DNA of 63,925 nt, filler included, from Neoconidiobolus thromboides FSU 785 (GCA_025603075.1; 5 parts of 5 records of this genome joined end to end with filler, not necessarily neighbours in it); one strand, 5' to 3'; shown: positions 1 through 11,465, counted from the whole stretch's first letter. Notes: a model not told the origin generated them from the letters alone. Translations and numbers: made by a program.

Positions 1-232
1 ATTTTGAAAGGTTTCCAAAATGTCCATCAACTATACTTTTTCCATGATGCTCAGCAAAAAAATTAAGATTAACATTCAAACTACTATTTATTTTATGAAT
101 TTGTTTAAACATATAATGTAGGAACTCTTGGGATCTAAAATGATTTCCCGTATCTGCCCATATATTAATTTTTATAAACTTTTAAATAAAAGCTCTGTAG
201 AGATTAAATCGATTAAACAATCTCCTGCATAT

Positions 233-331
233 GGGAATGTATTTTTATATTTAAGAATTTTACTAACAAATTCTCCACTTAAATGGCGCTTAAAAAATGG
301 AAAAAGTAATGAAGTCAAAAAAAAAATCCCC
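233..331 (+). mobile_element. MITE copy inserted in the transposase
   Basis: GGGAATGT...ATCCCC termini, ATAT flanks. Confidence 0.9.
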
Positions 332-335
332 ATAT

Positions 336-432
336 GGGGATGTGTTTTTTCGTTTAAAAATTTTGCTACAATCTTTCCACTCAAATAGCGCTTAAAAAAT
401 GGAAAAATAATGAAACTAAAAACAACAACCCC
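336..432 (+). mobile_element. MITE copy, tandem to the previous one and sharing the ATAT
   Basis: GGGGATGT...ACCCC termini, ATAT both sides. Confidence 0.9.
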
Positions 433-1828
433 ATATGCTGAATCACGATTCAATATTTCAGATAAATAATCAAAGTAAACTTTGCCTATTGTTTTATCAT
501 CTTTTAAATACAAAATACCAAAACCTAATACTGATATAGCTTGTTTATTATAATGGTCTAAATTCATTAAATCTGGTCTTGTTCCTATTTCCATATTTTG
601 TTTAAAATCTAAAATTATTATACAACTTTTATTATTTGATTTTTTAATAGCTTCATTAAATGTGTTTTTTTGAGTATCAACACAGAATTTATATAATTTG
701 TATAATTTTTCTTCTTCATTGAAAATTTCTTTTATCTCTGCTTTGTTTTTTATTGCTATATTTATTTTATTTCAAATAATTTTTTTCTAACTGTATACTG
801 GACATATATATTACATAGATCTGTTTTTCTTGCTGCATTTTTGAAATTACTTGGTATATATTTAAAGAACGTTGACCTAGCTACCACTTTATCTTTTAGA
901 TCACTCAGATATTTACTATATATCATTCTTCTACTTTTATTTAATATATATATTATCTGATGAATATTTACTATCATTATTTTTTTTATTAAATCTTGAT
1001 GAAATAGTTGAATTATAGCAAATATTGTATAATAGTCAATTTGCTCGTCTTTAATTTTTTTTGTACTTTTAATAATAAGCTGTAATGTTGATATTTTATT
1101 ATTATTACTTATTTTTGAATAATCATATTGATTTCTGTTTATATTAAACTCAAAACTCTTACATTCACCAAAAGAATGTACTGAAGCTATAGTTGATAAT
1201 AACGCTACTTGTTGATTTTTGTTTCCTGTTTCCTGTTTCCTGTTTCCCTCAAAGCACTAATTTTATACATTGCTTGATTAAGTTTATTATTATCGATAGT
1301 AAACTTTGATAATATATCTTTTCTTTGTTTTGTTTTATTATAAAATTCCATAAACCTTGGGTTGTTATAAGTAGCTCTTAAAATTGATGTAAACGAATTA
1401 CAATGTTTATACTGTGTACTCCTCCCTATTGTATTGAAATTTTCAAAAATTCCATTTCGAAGTTTAGTTATGAAAGTTTGCATTTTATTTTTATTTCAAC
1501 AAAAAATAAAGTCAAATAAATAACTGTATTTGTATAATTATATAATCATGTAGTTATATATTATGTATCTGTTAAATATCTAACAGAACTAACATAAAAC
1601 ATATAATTAGGAAAATTAGCTATTTAAGAAAAGAAAACAATTAAAATAAGTTTTAAATAGAGACATTTAATTTAAGCTTTTTAGATTTAACCGTCATATT
1701 AGACACAAATTTAAAATTTTAAAATTTGGATTAATTTCTAAGTAAATTCTGAAACCAATTAGGACAACCCTATATTTTAGACTAATTTTCGTTTTATCAT
1801 ATTAAAAGTGAAATATTAAAAACAAAGT

Positions 1829-1869
1829 AAAATTGTTAATAAAATTCTTAACCATAAAAATATATCCCT
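1829..1869 (-). mobile_element. Putative left terminus (TIR plus subterminal) of the transposase-bearing element
   Basis: Reverse complement AGGGATATATTTTTATGGTTAAGAATTTTATTAACAA matches one MITE end (5 mismatches over 37 nt). Flanked by AAAT, 386 bp upstream of the transposase start, with no other MITE half adjacent. Confidence 0.6.
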
Positions 1870-2119
1870 AAATATATTCTTATCTTTTCAGGCGTCCATA
1901 AGCTTCTCTTGAACATACAGGGTCTGCAATTATGACTGTTATTAGTATTATATAGAAAGCATATAAACGTATGTAGGTCAAATAATCCCCTTGTAATCGA
2001 AAAGGTTCTAATTTTAAATATATTTACTATTTTTTGTTATGTACCATTATCACATGTGTTTAAGTTAAAGCAGGCTACCTTTGTCAATAAGGCTATTTTG
2101 ACGTTTAGGATATTACATG

Positions 2120-2582
2120 TGTGAAATCTGGTACTCAGGGTTTGGAGTCAAGAACAGCTATTGCTGGGTTGACTACAATATAAGTCGAAAGGTCTTAGTT
2201 TATGTGACTAAGATAGACTTGGATTATGAAGAATAGCACGTAATAGGCTACAAGCTGTATAAGACAAATAGAATAGACAATACTAATGTAAAATCTACGT
2301 AAAATACTATTAAGAAAACTTAGTGGCTTTATTAAATGTTCGAGATATAAGGGAATAATTCAGTTAAAAGTCTCGAACTACTATACTCTGTAAACTCTTT
2401 TATACTCTGAAAAGTATAAATATCAAAATGAGAGGGTAATATTCTTTTGGATGGAGCTAGAAATTCTCATAACAAATCAAAATAAGAACATGGGATTGAT
2501 TTTCTCTGAACTCGAGAACACAACAGCTTAGGCGATTGTTATGTTATAATTAACCATGGGACTGACAAAGCGATATTTCACA
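2120..2582 (+). mobile_element. Solo LTR, 463 bp
   Basis: TGTGAAAT...ATTTCACA termini (TG...CA). Perfect 5-bp TSD ACATG at 2115-2119 and 2583-2587. Three more copies in the window. Confidence 0.9.
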
Positions 2583-2754
2583 ACATGTAGTAAAGTTTCT
2601 ATTACTAAATTGAATAATTTAAATCAAGTATCGTTGATACTAGACTCTTCAACTACAATATCTACCACTTTATTTATACTACTATTGGTCCTTTTATTAT
2701 CTATTGAAATTCTCCTTCATTTTTCAAAAGTTAGTATAATAACTTTTAGCATTT

Positions 2755-2849
2755 AGAGGTGTATTTTTGTGTTTAGGAATTTTACTAACGAATTTTCCGC
2801 TCAAATAGCACTTAAAAGTGGAAAAATAATGAAGTAAAAAAACACTCCC
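2755..2849 (+). mobile_element. MITE copy
   Basis: Family consensus, TSD ATTT/ATTT. Confidence 0.85.
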
Positions 2850-3499
2850 ATTTAATGTTTTTTCACTTTATAAGCAAGTCTTCATAATTTTTTTAATACT
2901 TTTCTCACCCACTTGAGCCTTTGACTATTTTACTAAACTCTTGATTTATAAAGACTATATTAGTTTGTTATTTTTTTGAAAACGTTATCACTATATCTTT
3001 GTTTATACTTGACTATCACTTATTTGAATTAAATGATGCTAATAATTAAACCTAGCGTTTTTATCATAAACATAGAATAGGGCAAAGAGTGAGGATAGAA
3101 CTATTTATATAAGAAGAAAATAGTGGGAGTAAAGATTAGCTTGATATGCTGAAGTCATCGTATAAATATTGTAAAATTTTTAGATATAGGTTTAAAAGCC
3201 AAAAAATACTTTGCAATTGATCTCTATCTGGTTCAGAAGCAGTGTTTAATAGTATAAAAAAGGTCAAATCCGACTTTAGTCAAAAAGAGATATTTACAAA
3301 ACTTCGGGATGGAGATCAACTTTAAGGATTTTTAAATTTTTGGCTAGGGTCACCAACTTTGAATTTTCTAACACTGTAGCTTAATCATTTCTGAACTGAT
3401 GTTGATAAATCAGTCAAAATGTATGTTTAATGTATCCATAGAAATTATTTTGAGGCTTTGCAAACAGATCCCAAAATTAAATATTTTCCTTTGCTATAT

Positions 3500-3597
3500 A
3501 GGGATGTCTTTTTTGGGTTCATCACTTTTTCCATTTTTAAGCACTACTTAAGCGAAAAAATTATTAGTAAAATTCTTAAACACAAAAAGACATCCCC
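3500..3597 (-). mobile_element. MITE copy
   Basis: Family consensus, TSD ATAT/ATAT. Confidence 0.85.
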
Positions 3598-3930
3598 ATA
3601 TTTATTATACTAAGTACCCAGTTATAATAACTGGAATTAACAAATAATTCCTACCCCTTATTCTTCTACATAAATAATAATAACATAAAAACGTATTAAC
3701 TAAATATTCAAATATCTATAATGCATTTACCTTTATTATAGCCTCCATACGAAAACACATATAATTTACTCAAATACGTTTGTGTTCTACTAACAATGAT
3801 TATATGAAACCTTTTTATTTATTTCAAAATAAAGACTGTAAGTTTGTAGTGTCTATTGTTTTCTTTAAAATCTCAATATATAATAAAATGGCATCTTATT
3901 TAATTGGTTAAATTTTAATATCAAAAATAT

Positions 3931-4029
3931 AGGGATGTTTTTTTTGCTTTCATTACTTTTTCTATCTTTTAGCTGCTGTTTAAGCGGAAAGATTGTTAGT
4001 AAAATTCTTAAACACAAAAATACATCCTC
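3931..4029 (-). mobile_element. MITE copy
   Basis: Family consensus, flanks ATAT/ATGT. Confidence 0.85.
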
Positions 4030-4055
4030 ATGTGGTATAATTAAATTATTCATAT

Positions 4056-4154
4056 GGGGATGTATTTTTACGTTTAAGAATTTTACTAATAAATTTTCCG
4101 CTCAAATAGCGCTTAAAAGGTGGAAAAAGTAATGAAATGAAAAAAATCATCCCC
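4056..4154 (+). mobile_element. MITE copy
   Basis: Family consensus, TSD ATAT/ATAT. Confidence 0.9.
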
Positions 4155-4399
4155 ATATGGTATTTATTTAGAGCACCTTTAGCATTTATATTTATCATTG
4201 CCTATTAAATAGTTTTAAAACGTAATATATGGTCTTCAACTATATTACATTTTAAATTTGCTTATTTACACTATGGCATTCATTCAATACTATATGTTTA
4301 TTTTTGTTATAGACTATATCTGAATTTAGTTCTGTAAAACACAATTAAAAAATGTATTTTATTATTAAACATACTTTATTGTTGACAGTTACAACATTT

Positions 4400-4493
4400 G
4401 GGGATATATTTTTTGTTTAAGAATTTTATTAACAATTTTTCAATTAACAGAACTTAAAAAATGGAAAAAGTAATGAAACCAAAAAAACACCCC
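4400..4493 (+). mobile_element. MITE copy
   Basis: Family consensus, TSD ATTT/ATTT. Confidence 0.85.
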
Positions 4494-5227
4494 ATTTATT
4501 AAACCTTAAACTTGATCAAATCAATAAAATTTAACTACGCTTGATTAATAAATTGTCCTTATTTTAAGTAAAAAATATTTTGTAAATTAATTAAAGTTTC
4601 AGGAGCATATCTGAATTAATGTCTAAAAATGAGCTGTATAGTTATTTTGATTAAAATCATGAAATAAAGCTTGTCATTTTATATTAGTGGCTATTTATAA
4701 GTTAATTATAGTATAACATTTATATTTGAGGATTCGTAAATTGTTTAATATAAATTTACATCGCTTTTTGTTTGCTATAAAAACTATAAGAGTTATAAGG
4801 ATCATGTAATATCATATATTTCCAAATTTATTGCAAGGCTATATTTTTATTTTTATTTTTGTTTTTATTTACCCCACATCGTTGTAAAAGTATATCAAAA
4901 CCATTATTTTTTAATATAGCATTGATTGGAGCATAAATTAGAAAAAGTATAATTGAGGTTTTAATGTTAACTTGAAAAAGTATCAACTTCAAGATTTAAA
5001 AAACAATATATTACAAGTTATATTAGAAACATAATACATTTATAAATGAGCATCCCTTAATAAGAGAGGGGGAAATTTAAAGTATTTGGAGTTATAAAGA
5101 TACAAGAGCAACAGATAGAAATATGATGTATATAAACAAAGCAAAATAACGAAGTAGAAAAATATCATCGCTAATAATTTCTTAATTTACTTTTATCTAA
5201 TCTACTTAATATCAAAAGTTCTTAGCT

Positions 5228-6355
5228 ATGCTCAGTTTTAATAATCTATCTGTCCAAACTTTGCTTACTTTAGCTTTAGTAAATGATCTAAACGCCCACT
5301 ATGCTGTCACTGCCCCATACAACACTGCCTCGTCAATTGCTGCTTTGCCATCGCAATATTCAACAAATGCACCCGTCACAAGTGTTCATCATCATACAGA
5401 AACTCACCATGTTACTGAATACCACACTAGCACTGTTTATCACCATACTGAAAAACATCATCGTGAGCATAAACTTATTGCTTTCCATGATGAGATAAGA
5501 GTTGACAATGATAAAAGAATTCATAAATGTCGAATATACACTAAGGTCTTTTCAAGATGTGCTCCAGTTAGTCCTACCACCAGTGTTGTAGTTCCAACTT
5601 ATACTGCTAGTACTACCACTCCATGTACTACTGATTCCGTAGTTCCAACCTACACTACTACTTCATCATCTGCCCCGGTTTATTCTACTAGTACTCCATG
5701 CACTACTGACTCTGTAGTTCCAACTTACACCACTAGCACCACCACTCCATGTACCACTGACTCTGTAGTTCCAACTTATACTACTAGTACTACTACTCCA
5801 TGCACCACTGACTCTGTAGTTCCAACTTATACTGCTTCATCATCTGTCCCAGTTTATTCTACTAGTACTCCATGCACTACTGATTCTGTAGTTCCAACAT
5901 ACACCACCAGTACAACTACTCCATGTACCACTGACTCCGTAGTTCCAACTTATACTGCTTCATCATCTATTCCAGTTTATTCTACTAGCACTCCATCCTA
6001 TGACATTCCAACCTCAACCGGATATCAAACTGGTCAATATACAACTAGCTCCTCATACTCTGATAACTCAAGTACTACTCCATGCTCTACTACTACTGAT
6101 TCTTATGGAGAAACAATTACTATTACCAATATTCATGATAGCTATACCGTTCCTTCTGCAACTACTTTACCATGCATTACCACTACTAATAATAATGGAG
6201 AATATTACACTGTTACTCCTACTGTGACATACTCACTTACTACTGATAGCTATAATACAGTATCTACTTTAACTACTACAATTTACCCAACTGGTGGCTA
6301 TGAAGCTTCCATTAATAGCGAGTATACTGCTACCACTTCCCCTTATTATAATTAG
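5228..6355 (+). CDS. Probably secreted Ser/Thr-rich mucin/cell-wall-like repeat protein with a His-rich N-terminal region
   Basis: 375-aa single ORF with a moderately hydrophobic N-terminus, a His-rich stretch and six PCTTDSVVPTYT repeats. TATAAA about 100 bp upstream. Confidence 0.85.
   Translation: MLSFNNLSVQTLLTLALVNDLNAHYAVTAPYNTASSIAALPSQYSTNAPVTSVHHHTETHHVTEYHTSTVYHHTEKHHREHKLIAFHDEIRVDNDKRIHKCRIYTKVFSRCAPVSPTTSVVVPTYTASTTTPCTTDSVVPTYTTTSSSAPVYSTSTPCTTDSVVPTYTTSTTTPCTTDSVVPTYTTSTTTPCTTDSVVPTYTASSSVPVYSTSTPCTTDSVVPTYTTSTTTPCTTDSVVPTYTASSSIPVYSTSTPSYDIPTSTGYQTGQYTTSSSYSDNSSTTPCSTTTDSYGETITITNIHDSYTVPSATTLPCITTTNNNGEYYTVTPTVTYSLTTDSYNTVSTLTTTIYPTGGYEASINSEYTATTSPYYN
5596..5996 (+). repeat. 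Intragenic minisatellite of alternating 17-aa and 24/25-aa units
   Basis: Repeated CCATG(T/C)AC(T/C)ACTGA(T/C)TC(T/C)GTAGTTCCAAC core, in-frame unit lengths. Confidence 0.85.
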
Positions 6356-6955
6356 TAACATAATTACTTCATTTGCTTAATAAAATAATTGAGTTGTTTA
6401 GTCTACTTTGTTTAGTTCTAATGAAATATAACTCTTTATAAAAATTCTTGATTCTTTTATTACTTTAAGGCTTTAGATTGTAATATTAAAGTCATCGTCA
6501 TTGGGCTCACTCTTGAGCTTAAAAAATGCTAAAAGATAAACTTAAGTTGAAGGAGGTCTCATAATTAAATTTAAAAAAATTATTGAGTAAGAAGCTATAT
6601 TATTAGTCTATTTTCTTAATCTATATTGGTCGTTTATGAAGCTATTTGGTACTTTACAATAGTCAACTTGAGTTTGGATATTTATTTATGCTTCAAAGCT
6701 TATATATCTATTGTGCTGTCATTTAAGCTGGCTTAATTAATAAGTGTCTTTAAAAAGCTAATAATAAAACCAAATAAAAATCTATTAATATTTAGTTGCA
6801 AAAGCTACGAATCAATAATGCTTTATCAATATTGCACTACATAAATCGATTTTAGCTGATATAAAATACAAACAATAAAACTATCTGAGAATATTTTAAA
6901 GCTTTTTATGCATTTTTAAGTAGATTAAGTTTTAAAAGATTGTTTGTTAAATTAT

Positions 6956-7051
6956 GGGGATGTTTTTTTTGACTTCATTACTTTCCATATTTTAAGCGCT
7001 ATCTGAGTGGAAAATTGTTAGTAAAACTTTTAAATACAAAAATAAATCCCC
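6956..7051 (-). mobile_element. MITE copy
   Basis: Family consensus. Confidence 0.85.
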
Positions 7052-7075
7052 TGATATAAAGGTAACTAACTATAT

Positions 7076-7173
7076 GGAAGTGCTTTTTTGGTTTCATCAC
7101 TTTTTCCATTTACTAAGTGCTGTTTGAATGGAAAAATTCCTAGTAAAATCCTTAAATAAAAAAATATATCACC
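7076..7173 (-). mobile_element. MITE copy
   Basis: Family consensus, TSD ATAT/ATAT. Confidence 0.8.
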
Positions 7174-7292
7174 ATATTAATGACATTTAATTAATACTTT
7201 AGCTTAGATTAGTTACTTCGAATTTGGTTTTTACAGCTGTTGTAGCAGCTCTTGCAATACAATTACTCATTTAAGAGAAAAAAACCATGATA

Positions 7293-7392
7293 GGGGGATG
7301 TATTTTTGTGTTTAAGAGTTTTACTAACGAATTTTCTACTCAAATAGTGCTTAAAAGATGGAAAAAGTAATGAAGCAAAAAAAAAACCCCCC
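7293..7392 (+). mobile_element. MITE copy
   Basis: Family consensus. Confidence 0.85.
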
Positions 7393-7736
7393 ATATACAA
7401 TTTAATATAAGATTAAATTTGAAAAAATCGCCTATACAAATAATCTACAAAAAAAATCGCTGAGGGTTGTAAAAGAGCTGTAATAACTTTATATCTTTGA
7501 AAATAAAAAGAAACTGTGTTTTTTCGTTATGAATAAAACACTTGGCACTTTTGCTTGAAGGTAAGGGTTCAAAGAATAAGTTAATAAAATAATACTACCA
7601 CTTGAAAATACAAGGGCGCGGTTTTGAAAATGTACAAAGTTATTCGGTGAAATTTTATTTATTAGAATAACTATAATTCTTATAAACTTTATGTCATCAA
7701 TAAAGTTCTAAATTTGTGACCTCAAGTAAAAATAAT

Positions 7737-7922
7737 ATATGGGGATTTTTTTTTTGACTTCATTACTTTTTCCATTTTTTAAGCGCCATTTAAGTGGAGA
7801 ATTTGTTAGTAAAATTCTTAAATATAAAAATACATTCCCATATGCAGGAGATTGTTTAATCGATTTAATCTCTACAGAGCTTTTATTTAAAAGTTTATAA
7901 AAATTAATATATGGGCAGATAC
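7737..7922 (-). repeat. Exact inverted copy of 150-335 (MITE plus transposase fragment) abutting the gap
   Basis: Direct comparison of the two segments. Confidence 0.9.
7741..7839 (-). mobile_element. MITE copy, exact reverse complement of 233-331
   Basis: Sequence identity to 233-331. Confidence 0.9.
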
Positions 7923-8022
7923 NNNNNNNNNNNNNNNNNNNNNNNNNNNNNNNNNNNNNNNNNNNNNNNNNNNNNNNNNNNNNNNNNNNNNNNNNNNNNN
8001 NNNNNNNNNNNNNNNNNNNNNN
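7923..8022. other. Scaffold gap (100 N)
   Basis: N run. Confidence 1.
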
Positions 8023-8284
8023 TACCTTTAGTAGGGTAAGTTGGAGCAAAAGGGATCGGACAATGGGTACCTTCTGGACAATAGAAATCCTTATATATGT
8101 AATAGTTGCCATTACCATCTAATTGCATTTGATGATAAAAACCAAAGATAACTTCAGTAACACCAGTTTTATCTTGACGATAGAGACCTTCCATGTCTTT
8201 GGCAAGGGTTTTAGCAGTAGGACAGACAGAAGCACTAGCTACTAAATCAAGTAAAGCTAAAGCAATAGTGAATTTGAAATTCAT
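8023..8284 (-). CDS. Secreted 8-Cys protein, copy C (partial exon 1, truncated by the gap)
   Basis: 8023-8482 is identical to 57992-58451, including the Ala8 allele. Confidence 0.8.
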
Positions 8285-9879
8285 TTTTTAAAAACCAAAG
8301 TTAATTTGTAATCTAATCTAAATTTGATACTTTGTTTTTTCTTCAAATGCTGTGTTTATATACCTTTTGTTTTTGAATGTTTTTATAATTTATATTAAGT
8401 TTTTGTTGTTTTTATCTACCAAGAACATTATTAAATTATTGACATTATTTTTCATAATAAGTAATTTAATGCTTTATAAATTTACTATACGAATTATAAT
8501 ACTTTGATTGAATACTCAATATTTATAATACATAACAAGTAATTTGATACTTTACTTTATAAAATTATCAAGTTAAATAGAAGCTTTAATAGAATATCGG
8601 ATTTCTTGCTTCATAATACTTTTTAAAAGATTTATCCATCTGTTTTGTAAAACTAAAAGTATTATAACTATACTAAGAAAAAACGATGAAATGGAAAGTA
8701 ATAAATCAAAAAATGTTCTAATAAACAAGTTATTCATTACTTTATTTGAAACTATTTTAAGTATCTTTTATTGATATATAACAGCGCTTGAATATTTTAA
8801 ACTATAGCGCGCTCTTTGCTTATTAATTTAATGCTTACAGGGTTTATATTATTTTAGTAGTTTTAAATAGAGCTCCATAAACTTGCTTAATTCTTTATTT
8901 TATTTTTTTATTCTTTGTTCTTTCATATGTTTATTGATTATTTTGGACTTTAGATAATACAAATTTGTAGTTTGTTATTATATTGAAGGCTAGAGTGTTT
9001 TTTTGATGATTTGTATAAAGTTTAAAATGTTTATTTACAATATTAACCATAAAAATACTTTAATAAGTTTGTCGATTTTTCATACATATTTTTATTCACA
9101 TGTTTTATCTAATTTAGTATTGTGTTGTGTATTATTTAAACTTGATATATAGTCTAGAAAAACATCATTCGATTCGAACATCAAAGTATAATCATGTATT
9201 TTTACCTAATCAAAATATGCTCTACCAAGAAGTAAATATAAAGAATAGCTCGTTTTTATTAAAGCGAGATTTGACTTTTCACATTACTTAATTCCGCTTT
9301 CACTCTCTACACTTAATTTATCACTATTAACTTAAAATAGCCTATTACAAGCGGAAGCATTGCGTATTGTATTAGTAATAAGAAAATAAGGTCCTTATTA
9401 TCTAAATTTTGACCCTTTAAAAGTTCTATTCTAAAAGCTTTAATTGGGATGTAGATATTATGGCTAATAGGTAATACCATTATATAACATACAATCAAGT
9501 TTATTCATTTTTTTAATAACTCATTTTAATTTTTCAATAACTACCAATAAAAAGAATACTTACATTTATGGTGTTACAAACTATTAGTTTGTTTTATAAA
9601 AATTAGTCTTACAATAACTTTACTTTGATATATGCACTTATTATGTAAAGCAATATTCTTTTAAACATCAAAAGATTAAAGGTAAGGTAGATATTAGAAA
9701 TTTTTTATTAATTAAACAAGCTAATTTTAGCTAGCTGTATAATTTTTATACCTACCTTTGGATTATTGTTTTTATTACCAAATATACTTAAATAGAAAAA
9801 ACTGATTTTTAACTAATAAAAGCTTGTTTTAAAATTATTTTGTACTAATTAAAAATATAATAAAATGAAAATAATATAT

Positions 9880-9978
9880 GGGGATGTTTTTTTTGACTTC
9901 ATTACTTTTTCCATTTTTTAAGCGCTATTTAAGTGGAAAATTTGTTAGTAAAATTCTTAAATATAAAAATGCATTCCC
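9880..9978 (-). mobile_element. MITE copy
   Basis: Family consensus, TSD ATAT/ATAT. Confidence 0.9.
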
Positions 9979-10450
9979 ATATTATAGATAGTGCAAAGTG
10001 CTATTTTACCAACTTTATAATTGATTGTACTATGATAGTTATTTAAATTATTTACAAAAGTGATTATAATTTATATAATAAATTTAATTATTTTTAAGCA
10101 ATTTTATCACTAAAATTCTATGTATTTGAAATTTATATATAATTAGTTTTAAGCTTTTCTATTAAAAACTGCTATAAGAGCTTTTATCATTTAATTACAA
10201 AAAATGTTATTTTTAGATTTTAATAACTATATTAAATAGTTTCAATAAAAAATCATAATCGTTATATTTTTTATATACAATATTTTATTATGAAATATGT
10301 GAAAATTTAATAATAAATTTTCTTTTTAAGTTATCTCTCAATACTAGCTTTTTTAATAAGGTTATTAAGCTTTTATTATAGTATTTCATATAAATTTTAC
10401 GATTATGTTTTTTATTTTATATAGTTTATATAGTTTATAACCTATTATAT

Positions 10451-11013
10451 GGGGATGTATTTTTGTATTTAAAAACTGTGAAATCTGGTACTCAGTGTTT
10501 GGAGTCAAGAACAGCTATTGCTAGGTTGACTACACTATAAGTCGAAAGGTATTAGTTTATGTAACTAAGATAGACTTGAATTATGAAGAATAGCACGTAA
10601 TAGGTTACAAGCTATATAAGACAAATAGAATAGATAATACTAATGCAAATCTACGTAAAATACTATTAAGAAAACTTAGTGGCTTTATTAATTGTTCGAG
10701 ATATCAGGGAATAATTCAGTTATAAAGCCTCGAACTACTATACTCTGTAAACTCTTATACTCTGAAAAGTATAAATGTCAAAATGAGAAGATAATATTCT
10801 TTTGGATGGAGGTAGAAATTCTCATACCAAATCAAACTAAGAACATGGGATTGATTTTCTCTAAACTCGAGAACACAATAGCTTAGGCGATTACTATGGT
10901 ATAATTAACCATGGGACTGACAAAGCAATATTTCGCAGAACTTTATTAACAACTTTTCCACCCAAATAGCGTTTAAAAATGGAAAAAGTAATGAAGTCAA
11001 AAAAAACATCCTC
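10451..11013 (+). mobile_element. MITE split by an LTR insertion (10451-10476 and 10938-11013)
   Basis: The two halves rejoin to the family consensus, ATAT flanks. Confidence 0.85.
10477..10937 (+). mobile_element. Solo LTR nested in a MITE
   Basis: TGTGAAAT...ATTTCGCA, highly similar to 2120-2582. TSD imperfect (AAAC/GAAC). Confidence 0.85.
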
Positions 11014-11053
11014 ATATATTATTTTTTATAGTTCGAGTTTATTTTGATTATAT

Positions 11054-11153
11054 GGCAGTGTTTTTTTTGGCTTCATTACTTTTTCCATCTTTTAAGCACT
11101 ATTTTGAACGGAAAATTCGTTAGTAAAATTCTTAAACACAAAAATACATCTCT
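11054..11153 (-). mobile_element. MITE copy
   Basis: Family consensus, TSD ATAT/ATAT. Confidence 0.85.
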
Positions 11154-11280
11154 ATATGGATTAAAGATACCTTTAACTTTTCATATTAAATACTCAAGTT
11201 TACCTTTAGTATTTATAGCTAAAAAAGCTTTTATAACTATATTAAATAGCTTTTATAATTTTTTATAGCTTTTATTATAG

Positions 11281-11376
11281 CTAGATGCTTTTTTGATTTC
11301 ACTACTTTTCTATTTTTTGAATGCTATTTGAGTGGAAAGGTTGTTAGTGAAATTCTTAAACAAAAAATACATTCCC
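11281..11376 (-). mobile_element. MITE copy with a degenerate left end
   Basis: Family consensus. Confidence 0.75.
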
Positions 11377-11465
11377 ATATAGTCGACCTGTTTTTTTTAA
11401 TTGTCTTAATTATTAAATTAATGATTAATAATACTTTTATATTTTATTTTGCTAATTTGAGATAT

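Larger units (their letters stand above)
1..1483 (-). pseudogene. Degenerate DDD-type DNA transposase (Sola-like), 3' end runs off the window, interrupted by two MITEs
   Basis: Minus-strand segments in order: KNQQVALLSTIASVHSF; RSTFFKYIPSNFKNAARKTDLCNI; CIIILDFKQN (D1); YLSEILNRDSAY[MITEs]AGDCLIDL; INIWADTGNHFRSQE (D2); NFFAEHHGKSIVDGHFG (D3). Several frameshifts and stops. (TGTTTCC)x4 slippage at 1220-1247. Confidence 0.8.

Noticed and set aside
128-388. Short ORFs with FKRYLSGK / LKNGKSNE peptides (also 3935, 7708, 11044, 17194, 18872, 22174, 60323, 60657)
   Set aside because: They are translations of MITE sequence.
1880-3075. Eroded coding-like minus-strand sequence hit by an LTR and a MITE
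   Set aside because: Many stops and no recognisable motif. It could be an old pseudogene but cannot be called.
10692-10886. ORFs at 10692, 21284, 60178 and the start of 2556
   Set aside because: They are read from LTR copies and are not conserved as ORFs between copies.
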